From Convolutriloba macropyga (Eukaryota): a stretch of 64,000 nucleotides of DNA. This document shows, in pieces, positions 12,001 to 21,335 of this stretch. Position numbers and translations under genes: made by a program. Under the pieces are notes generated by a model. The model saw only the letters and a list, made by a program, of their open reading frames with translations, was not told the DNA's origin and searched no databases. Position 1 is the stretch's first letter, and each line of letters begins with the position of its first letter. The stretch covers positions 18,910,001 through 18,974,000 of the forward strand of contig NC_134474.1 in assembly GCF_964194025.1 (NCBI RefSeq), given 5' to 3'.

Positions 12001-13305
12001 ATTGGCGACCAGCAACATGAATGCATGCAACACTGTCAAAATGGTCACATTCACGTCAAACAATAAATTCCTTGTTAATATTACTCCCGCAAGAAGTAAG
12101 CATGTCGTCAAAATTGCTGCAACGTAGTAAAATATGAACCACATCCTCGCAGCTGTCCATATTTTTGATATCGTTGTGTATGAATTACATTTATTTGTGG
12201 TGATATTACCTTCGACCTGATAAGAGCACATTTTCCACAATCCGAAACATTGTTTGCTGGACTTCTCAACTCTGAATTCTTTGGAGCAGTTTCCGAGCAC
12301 AGTAAGTGCCAGACCAAGACTCAGCAGAACGCAAATTGCAGCCGTAGCAATCATTAATTGATTCCTTTTGACCATTGTTTTGATGAATGGAAAATTGTCA
12401 GTTCTTAAATTGAATCTATACGCACTTCGTTGAAATTCGAAATTCCCAGAATTGGTTTGAATTTTACTTGATCATATAGCCATCAAAGATCATATTGCGC
12501 CTTTGTGTAGTTGATAAATTGCGATTGAGGTTGATGTTTGAGACAATTTGATAATTGTAAACTGTGGCTATTTAGAAGGACAATAGTTGTCCTAATGTCC
12601 AATTGTTAGTTTTCTAAATCGAGTCTCGTAAATAAAATCTTGAGGATATCTATCTATGAACCGATTTTGATTCTCATATGTAAAATGCTTCGGTTGCATA
12701 AAAGAAATTAAATCTTAAGGCGAATTTGGTGAACCACATAAAAACTCTTCTACTTAATTAGAAACTGAGAAAGAAAAACATCACTGGTTTTCAAAGTAGT
12801 CAATGATTTTATTCTAATTCGTGTACATAAATTGAACTTTAGTTTCAATCTGTTTCAGGTTGTGCGAACTTCTTTGATTCCTGGACTTCTGAAGACTGTG
12901 GCCAGTAACCGAAAAATGGCACTCCCTCTGAAGCTGTTCGAGCTATCCGACGTTGTGCTCTTGGACACGGCAAAGGATGTTGGCGCTCGAAACGAGCGAC
13001 GACTCGCTGCTATATTTTACGGGAAGTCCAGTGGGTTTGAAGTGATTCACGGCCTGTTAGATCGTGTTATGCAACTTCTGGAGGTTAAGGATGGCGATTA
13101 CGCAATCAAAGAAGCGAATGACGCAATGTTTTTTCCTGGACGTTGTGCTGAAGTTGTATGCAGTTGGAGTCCGAATAACGAAGGAGATAATAAGACCTTC
13201 AATCTGGGAAAGATGGGAGTTGTGCATCCAAACGTGTTGAAAAACTTCGATCTTAACTACCCCTGCTCTGTTCTGGAGCTCAATATGGAACCATTTGTTC
13301 TATAA
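6081..13305 (+). CDS. FARSB: Phenylalanyl-tRNA synthetase beta subunit, 3 exons, ~587 aa
   Basis: Exons 6081-7181, 7575-7790 and 12859-13305, joined by phase-0 GT-AG introns. Motifs PANRYDLLS, FIDLQDKLH, SMPPIING, PPTRADVLHACDI, EFQ|VVRTSLIPGLLKT, FEVIHGLLDR. Confidence 0.96.
8020..9300. repeat. Dispersed T-rich repeat fragments in FARSB intron 2
   Basis: The gccgtcagcctctYaacggct block occurs at ~8035 and ~8203, and gtcaaattggagtagtgattt is shared with ~48670. 8930-9280 resembles 43960-44060 and 49790-50170. Confidence 0.55.
8561..8650. repeat. 27-bp minisatellite, about 3 copies
   Basis: Unit ttcaatccattcatagttcattctagg repeated in tandem. Confidence 0.8.
11540..12375 (-). CDS. Claudin/PMP22/EMP-family tetraspan protein (~207 aa), nested in FARSB intron 2
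   Basis: Exon 1 12375-11992: TM1, GLWKMC...C loop, TM2-3. GC-AG intron 11991-11780 (CAG|GCAAGC...ttttaacag|). Exon 2 11779-11540: VGWSLIVPW TM4 and C-terminal -SSL. Confidence 0.8.
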
Positions 13306-13670
13306 ATTCAATGAAAAGTGATAAAATTGATCTATGTTGACGTGATTTAATGCTTGTACAATACATCCGCCTTAATTGTTTGTATTTTGCAAATATTTCT
13401 GCTAAATTAATTGTTTCGCATAGCATGGTTTAAGAATTTGCTGGAAGGATAAAAAATTTAATTATCAGTTTTTCAATCTTTTAATCCGAAGAAGCGAGAA
13501 AGAATCTTTGGACTGGTACAGTTTCAATCTGGCAGATAATAGCTTAATGCTTTCCCAGGGGTGTTAGATAAAACATTTTAAATAAGAGACAGAAGTTCTT
13601 CGCATGTAGTTTTTATAACAATCCTTTTTTGAACTATATCCATGATTGTAACTGAGAATGATTATTTCAG

Positions 13671-14693
13671 ATGAGTAAACGGAAACTCGTCAACCCTGAC
13701 GAGAACCCGAACCATGAGTTCTGCGATATCCTGAACGAGCTGTCTATTTTCGAAAGGACAGTTGAAAACAACACATTCAAAGCCAATGCGTACAAAAAGG
13801 CTGCAAGTGCAATTGCTAAACACCCAACTAAACTCACGAGCCAGGAAGAGGCCCTCAAAATTCCGGGAGTTGGAAAACAAATTGGTCTCAAGTTTGAAGA
13901 GTTTTTGAAAACTGGAACTTTAGAAAAATTGAATAAGATTAAGAAAGATGACAATGCCTCTGCAATTACTGAGTTGACTCGCGTTTCTGGAATTGGCCCA
14001 GTGGCAGCTCGGAAATTGGTAACTGAAAAAAATATCAAATCTCTGGACGATTTAAGAACGAATACACAGCTTTTAAATTACCATCAGGAAATTGGGTTAA
14101 AGTATCTTGAAGAATTTGAGGAACGGATCCCGAGGTCGGAAATGCTGAAATGGGACTCGCTATTATTGAAAATAATTGCCAAGTTAGATTCAAAATATTC
14201 AGCAGAACTGTGCGGCAGCTTTCGACGGGGAGCAGAAACGTGCGGCGATATTGATATGTTAGTGACGCATCCTGATAGCCAAGCTGTTGGATCACCAAGT
14301 AAGAAAAACAACCCGATGCTTGTTAAAATTGTGAATAAATTGGTTGAAGATGAATTAATAACAAATGTTTTGGCGCTTGGAGGATCGAAGGTCGCAGCTG
14401 TTTGTCAATTACCGGGTGAAGAGAAAGTTGTTCACAAGCATAGGCGATTAGATATTAGACTTATTCCCAGCGACCAGTATCATTTTGCGTTGCTATATTT
14501 CACAGGAAGTGATCTATTTAACAAGAATATGAGAGCGCATGCCCTTGAGAAGGGTTTCACCCTGAACGAGTATGCAATCAAACCGGTCGGAAGCACGGGG
14601 GTTGCGGGTCAACCTATACCTGTAAAAAGTGAGAAAGAAATATTTGAAATTATTGATTACGAATACAAAGCACCCGAGCAGCGGGTTTCGTAA
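13671..14693 (+). CDS. POLB: DNA polymerase beta (family X), intronless, 340 aa
   Basis: MSKRK N-terminus, NAYKKAA, HhH motif IPGVGKQI, GSFRRG, DID and RLD catalytic aspartates, YFTGS, FTLNEY. AATAAA at 14736. Confidence 0.96.
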   Translation: MSKRKLVNPDENPNHEFCDILNELSIFERTVENNTFKANAYKKAASAIAKHPTKLTSQEEALKIPGVGKQIGLKFEEFLKTGTLEKLNKIKKDDNASAITELTRVSGIGPVAARKLVTEKNIKSLDDLRTNTQLLNYHQEIGLKYLEEFEERIPRSEMLKWDSLLLKIIAKLDSKYSAELCGSFRRGAETCGDIDMLVTHPDSQAVGSPSKKNNPMLVKIVNKLVEDELITNVLALGGSKVAAVCQLPGEEKVVHKHRRLDIRLIPSDQYHFALLYFTGSDLFNKNMRAHALEKGFTLNEYAIKPVGSTGVAGQPIPVKSEKEIFEIIDYEYKAPEQRVS

Positions 14694-15513
14694 ACAGTTC
14701 GATAGTTAGGTTTTACTTGTTAAAGTTTATTGTTTAATAAAGTTTGTCTTGATGTCTTTTTTCTAATTTCTCAAATTAATGGAATGACAAATTTTTTGTC
14801 ATTTTATTTAGTATTTGAGTCAATTGTGATGGCGAAAAAGCTGACAGGTATCAGTTACCATGTCAAAGGAGTGTAAAGTAAAAGTACTAAAATGTCAATG
14901 GCAAAATTCTAAATGAATAACGACGATTTGCGCTGTTTAAATTGTCCTTTTAGGTCTCCACGAGGTTACAATAAGTTTGAACCTACCAATAAAAATGGCT
15001 GTTGATTTTTTCTTGATAGTTTGAAACTTAATCAAGTTGGTTTGATGAAATTATTACAGGATTATGCAAGGTAATCGGGCCAACACGATTTCAAAATGAA
15101 AGTTTTTGAGCGGCTGTTTTTGGTACCTTGGAGCTGACACCACCAATGTTTGAAAAGCTGATGCTCTTTGTCGATTTTGGGTGCTCAGACATCTTCTTTG
15201 ATCAAGAGGTACTCAAATGGGAGTATTTTGAGCTCAAGTTCTAGGTGATGAAATTTGTCAAAGCAAGATTTTAATGTCTGATTATGTTGTTTTCCTAGAG
15301 CAGCTAAAAGAGCGTTTGAAACCGCTGAGCCAAACAGCACTATAATGAAAGTGGCCCAGTACTAAGGCTTTCATTAGCTTGATTAATGGTTTTATTTTTG
15401 CTTATCAAACATTTTAAACCAGAATCAATAGTTGGTTGATAAACGTAGTTCAATGATACTGTAGTTTTTCTCTATCTTTATTGTGCTAATTTTAGCTAAA
15501 TTAGTAAATTAGT

Positions 15514-16522
15514 AAAGAAAATAGTAAACAAAAAACTTGTTTGATAAATCAGAGCAACGCAGAGGCCAGTAAAAAAGAAAACATCAAAATAGAGAGTCGC
15601 AAGAGCTTCATGGTCTCAAGGTCTTCAAAAACAAAAACTGTAAATTTATAATTGATGCATTAGCGCAGTACCGCACAAAACTTTCATCGAAGGCTTGAGT
15701 TCAGAAAATTTGAACATGACAAAAAACATGCCCAAAACATAAAATATAGCAAATAATTACAATTCTTCATGCTTTGTAGTTCCAAAATTTTCAGTAGATG
15801 ATTCAAAGCAACTATATTTTTGGACTATGAGAATTCTATTTGCAAACATAATAGACAAACACAATCAGCAACGTTAAAAAAATGAGTTGAAAAATTGGTA
15901 CAATTAGAAAAAAAGTTGCTCCATTTCTCGCAGCCTAATCCGTCAGAATCGCCTTTTTTGCCACTAAAATCAACCCATAAACTTACGCACAAGCTCTAAA
16001 AAATTAGCGCAATTTTTGCTAAATTAGCTAATTTTTTAGAGCTTGTGCGTAAGTTTATGGGTTGATTTTAGTGGTAAAAAAGGCGATTCTGACGGATTAG
16101 GCTGCGAGAAATGGAGCAACTTTTTTTTCTAATTGTACCAATTCTTGAACTCATTTTTTTAACGTTGCTGATTGTGTTTGTCTATTATGTTTGCAAATAG
16201 AATTCTCATAGTCCAAAAATATAGTTGCTTTGAATCATCTACTGAAAATTTTGGAACTACAAAGCATGAAGAATTGTAATTATTTGCTATATTTTATGTT
16301 TTGGGCATGTTTTTTGTCATGTTCAAATTTTCTGAACTCAAGCCTTCGATGAAAATTTTGTGCGGTACTGCGCTAATGCATCAATTATAAATTTACAGTT
16401 TTTGTTTTTGACGACCTTGAGACCATGAAGCTCTTGCGACTCTCTATTTTGATGTTTTCTTTTTTACTGGCCTCTGCGTTGCTCTGATTTATCAAACAAG
16501 TTTTTTGTTTACTATTTTCTTT
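15514..16522. repeat. Near-perfect ~1-kb palindrome (inverted duplication)
   Basis: Arms 15514-16008 and 16027-16522 are reverse complements with about 5 substitutions and 1 indel seen; 18-bp spacer. Confidence 0.95.
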
Positions 16523-17466
16523 TCTTGGTTTCTTACGCTTTTGATTGAACTTTGGTTTTTTCAGCAGGTTCAACCAATAATGATAGATATTTTGAATGCT
16601 TTTATATTTGTTTTTCTCTAAATTGGTAAAGCAGTGTACGTTTGGCTCGTAATGTTCAGTTGGTCAGGTAGAATAATTTTTAATTTTTTAATTCTTTCGC
16701 TGGATGACAATTTTAGGACCTGTCCAGATTTTCATTTTTTTTCGTTTTACCTAATCGTTTACCTATTCGCTTAACATCCAATTGAAGAAACAAGCTGCTT
16801 AAATTAAATGAGTTTCTGATGACCGCCAGATTACTGTACCTCGCTGCAATGTTTCATTTTTTCGAAATTAAATCAGTTTGACGTTTCTTGTTTTTAAGTA
16901 ATAAGCTGCCGACAATTAAGCAGCAGCTATGAGGAAATTAACATTGGAAATACTATCCGAGAGAGTTATTGTTATTACGGATAGCTCAAATTAAGGGCCG
17001 AAAGTCAATTGAATTGTCAAATCGGTTTAATATATTATCGGTTCAAATTTTAAATTATAATTTATTACACTTATTTTTTAACCGGTTTCCAAAGCCTTGA
17101 TAAATTCTTGCTCTTCTGCTCGAAAAATTGGTGAAAGTATATTTAAATTGAGACCCAATTTTTTTGCCAAACGTTTTGCCATGTTTTAATGGTGTCTCAT
17201 TTAGTTTGTCAATTTTCATAAAAAGAATAATTTCACTGGTATTGCTGTTTGCCCCCAATTGGGAACTCATCACAATTTGTCTTACATATCATTAAATACA
17301 TAATGCTTTGTTTCAAAAGCTTCCTCTCCGTAAAATTTGTTAAAAGATGAGTGAGGAATGAACGTCTGAACCTTATATATGATTGCACATAACCGAACCT
17401 CCTGGTTTCAGAATATGTTTGTCAGAGTATGTTTGTCTTAACTAATTTTTATTTTAGAGTAGCACA

Positions 17467-18273
17467 ATGAAAACTGTTCTTAGTGAAACGAGTCAGTATA
17501 ATTTGAATTATGAGCCTTCTGTTAAAGAATCTCTAAAAGCAGGTCTGATTTCGAAGAAAAAGAAATTCTCCAAGTTGGACGCTGCAGCTTTCAACTTTTC
17601 CGATATGTTTTCATTCCGAGATGAAAATGACGGTAACACGAATTTGCAAAATGATCAGGAGAATGTCCCTCAAGAAAATGAAAGCAGCAATGACAAATCA
17701 AGGTTTCAGTCACTAAAGAAATCCAAAAAGTTGGCGTTCAAAGCAAGTTCTTTTTTCCACGCGAAACCATTGCAATCAAGCTCAGCGTCAAACGCGAAAG
17801 CAAATACCTCAAACTCAACCGGTGACAGTTCGACCTCGAAAAGGTACAGCTCTCCCGCGAGAAAAGCAAGAAATTCGATGCCAAAAGGTGTGCTGATAAC
17901 GGAAGAATTGATATCAAGAGTTTGCAAAACAGCCGATCAGAAAGAAAAATTGGACAAGAAAGATTTCCCAGAAACGTATTGTCATCAATGTCGAATCAAG
18001 TCAGCAGATACGAAAACTGTTTGTCATTCTGAAGATTGCAACAAAGGTCGAGGGATGTTATGTGGCGTGTGCTTGAACATGTGGTACAATGAGGATGCGG
18101 CTGAGGCTCTTAGAAACAAAGAATGGGTTTGTCCATCTTGTAGAGGAATTTGCGAATGTGCTTTGTGCAGGGATAAAAGAGGACTGCACCCTTTGCCTAA
18201 AACGGTGGCGTCAACTGCGCTAATGCTCGGGTTTTCTTCAGTGAAGCAGTATTTACAATCCCGAGAGAATTAA
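17467..18273 (+). CDS. CDCA7: CDCA7/CDCA7L-like protein with C-terminal zf-4CXXC_R1 domain, 268 aa
   Basis: CHQCRIK..C..C..GRGMLCGVCL..WY..WVCPSCRGICECALCR..GFSSVKQYL aligns to the CDCA7 zinc finger; the N-terminus is low-complexity. Confidence 0.82.
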   Translation: MKTVLSETSQYNLNYEPSVKESLKAGLISKKKKFSKLDAAAFNFSDMFSFRDENDGNTNLQNDQENVPQENESSNDKSRFQSLKKSKKLAFKASSFFHAKPLQSSSASNAKANTSNSTGDSSTSKRYSSPARKARNSMPKGVLITEELISRVCKTADQKEKLDKKDFPETYCHQCRIKSADTKTVCHSEDCNKGRGMLCGVCLNMWYNEDAAEALRNKEWVCPSCRGICECALCRDKRGLHPLPKTVASTALMLGFSSVKQYLQSREN

Positions 18274-18671
18274 TCACATTGTCGAGGCTGTTATGGCTAT
18301 GCAGATAATTGGACAGATGTTAAGGAAAGTTGTGGTTTGCCTTATTTTGTTTGTTTTATTGAGAGTTTGTGTGTTTAATACTTTTGCTACTTGAATATAT
18401 TTTTGTTTGCGTGATGTTTTTATCCATGTTTTGATAGTGCATCGTAGTTAACATTATTCTGGGTTTTTGGATTCAGTTTAGATCAGGCTATAAAAAGTTG
18501 TACATCAGCTGTACTATAAGTCGCACTTATTTACTATCTCCGTAAATGGGGGTGTATGCGCTCTAGTTTTGCAATGTTTGGTGTGCTATAAGAGAAAGGC
18601 CCATTTTCTCTTCCTATCTCTTTATACATGCTTCAGTCGAAAAAAAATTTGTCAAGCTTGCAAGATTTATG

Positions 18672-18836
18672 GCTATTTTCCCGTTAATCCCCCCTCAAAC
18701 TTATTGGCTGCATATTAACTGAGACGCACGGGTCATATTTTTACATTATGATTTACTGTGTAATGGAACGTGGTCCGCAACGGGGGCGTGCAGAATATAC
18801 TCGATGGAGGGCGGGGGGCACAAATGGAAAAGATCC
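18672..18836. mobile_element. MITE family A, copy 2 (inverted, degenerate left TIR)
   Basis: Ends GGGGCACAAATGGAAAAGATCC; 8-bp TSD GATTTATG on both sides. Confidence 0.7.
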
Positions 18837-19036
18837 GATTTATGTTTGAAAGATTAGCTTGCAAGATCCTGCTGATCTTTTCAACAATTGTACTCCTTTT
18901 GTACCTGGTAGAAAACTCCCTTCGTTAAAGTCTAGCCATCTACTCTAACATAATATTACTTTTCCTACAGTTTTGATACTTTAATATCAATTTAAGCGCA
19001 AATGCGGACGGCCATGCCTCTTCTGGGACGGGCATG

Positions 19037-19091
19037 CCACAGCTCATAAGAGGCATGGCCGTTCGACGGCCATGCCTCTAATGAGCTGTGG
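19037..19091. repeat. 55-nt near-perfect hairpin
   Basis: CCACAGCTCATAAGAGGCATGGCCGT-TCG-ACGGCCATGCCTCTAATGAGCTGTGG: 26-bp stem with one mismatch. Confidence 0.85.
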
Positions 19092-21335
19092 TTTGTAACC
19101 TGGTAATCATGGAAACGATATCTCGCGCGATGTGAACCCAGCGACCCGCCAGTGAGAAGGGTACGTCGCTTTTTATTCCGTGTTGGACGACCATTCGGCT
19201 CATTGGTATGGCTTGGCTTATCTTACTCTGTTTAGAGTAACTCAATATGCGCATACGTGGAACGTTCTTCTAGTCTCTTATTCGTTAATTAATTGATCGC
19301 TCCTTAAATTCTTTTCAAGAATTCCCCCTCCCTTGCGAAAGGCGCTAATTGTTGAAAAGATTCGATCGTTTAACTATGTTGCACGGCAAAATCTTAGCTT
19401 GCAAGATTCTCCGAAGTTTTTTAAAACCGGAAGGTAATAAAAGTTTGGAATGAGACAAAGATTTTCGAACCATTAATCTTGGTGCTAAAAATGTGCTAAG
19501 AGATGAAAAAAGACGTAGCGTTGCAATCAAACTAAAAATATTATTTTTCAAGGCCCATTTAAGATTTTTTAATATAATGTTTTGCGTTTGCGGGCACACC
19601 ATGTCCCACGTTTTTCTTTTTTAGTGCCACTCCGTGTACACCTTTGCAAAATCTCAACACACGTGCAAAAGTTGATATCATTGTGTAATATGTAGGGAGA
19701 ACACAATCGTTATTAACTGTTTTGTAGGAATCAACTGATAGCGTTTTCTTAGACGCCCTGGGCCAATTTAGGTTAAAACTATTTTTTTCCAATAGCAGAA
19801 GAAAATTCAAGTTCATTGGTCGGTGCACTATTAACTAGTCAGACAAATCTTATTATTAATTAAAAGTAGAGGTTTGACTTTTTCACCCTGACTCCAAAAA
19901 TTTCACTTTGACTCCAAAATTGGACCAGCAAAAAATCATTTCAGCAACTTGGAAATCTGATCGAAAATTTGAGAGATCCAATTTTTAGGATTATAAACGT
20001 ACAGAAAATATTTTTATATTTACTGAAACGTGGCATCAGACAAGTTTCAATGTTTGTTCACATTGGATTTTGAGTGTTATCACTGAGCAGTAACTCAAAA
20101 GTGGAATAATCTGATTGCACTTTTGATTATTTTTGCAGGAGGAATAAGCTTTTTCTAATACTTTTGCGCCAAATAAACCTCATTTGGCTCAATGTCCAAT
20201 TTTATTTGCAAATTTGTTATGATTTTAATACTCGCCTTTTTGTCCTAGCCCCTGATTTAATGGTAATGTTTATGCATTGACGGCTACAAAATAGCCATCG
20301 AAAGTTACTAATCATTGTCTGCAAGAAATTTTCATAAGGAAAGAATTTCGAGAATGGGTACAAAACTACACGTTTTAGTATATTTGTTCAAGGTTTTTGG
20401 TTGATGTAGAACTAATAGCTTAATTTTATTGTCAAGTATTGCGGTCATATTTCGTGTTTATCAGGAAAGATCATGGGCATTTAATTTCCCTAAATTAGGT
20501 TTTTTGTCTCAAAATTTAGCTCTTTTTTATAAGTTATAATTGTTACTGGTTTCAGAATTGTGAAGATTTTTTAAAATATCATCGGTCGATTTTTGTAAAG
20601 GGGCATAATGTTAATGAATCCGTCGCACGCACTTTCTGTCTTCTTCATTGAAGCTGAATATATTGACGACGTAGAAAGCACTATTTTTTTCAGTTTCATT
20701 GTTTTCATTTTTATGAAGTTTGCAGTCGTTTCTGCGTTTTTGCGTTGTTTCGTTTTTGGAGGAATTTTAGCCCTTGTTTAGTGGATCCTGATGAAAGTCA
20801 AAGGGGAAACATACGAATAGTTCAGAAATTTTAAATTTGTTTTTTGTTGCACATTAATCTTCTAATCTTTTTCCTCCTACGCATTATCAGCTGAATTTTT
20901 TACTGTTACTATATCGTTTTCGAAGCGAACTGAGCATTTTCAGTCTACTTTTGGAGTTTTTTGTAATAGTTTTAACGATTTTTTTCTTGCGATTACATGT
21001 TTGTCAAGCTCGAACTTTTTATCTGCCGCCTTTCTACAATATTTTTAAAAGAAAGCGGTTAGCGGTAGTTCTTGGCTTTATATTCACTCTGCCGTGATGG
21101 CTGTAGTCAATGATTTATTATATGGTTTCGTTTCTTTGGAGGCATTTTAGCCCTTGAACAGTAGCTATCCTGCATTTGATTCTTGATAAAATTCAGCATT
21201 CGGTCTTTTTATAGTTGGGAGAAATGGCGATTGAAATGAGTTTTATCTCTTTGTGTAGTTTCTGTGAGTATCCATTTTTTCTGTTACCATTAGGATTCCG
21301 AATTACATCTATTTTGCTTGCCGTTTTAAAGTACG

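Noticed and set aside
13662-14311. Minus-strand ORFs over POLB (and similar ones over FARSB, CSTF1, CDCA7-like and the LINE)
   Set aside because: Antisense shadows of real coding sequence with no independent support.
16385-16573. Lys-rich ORF in the palindrome arm
   Set aside because: Low-complexity translation of A-rich repeat with no splice or homology evidence.
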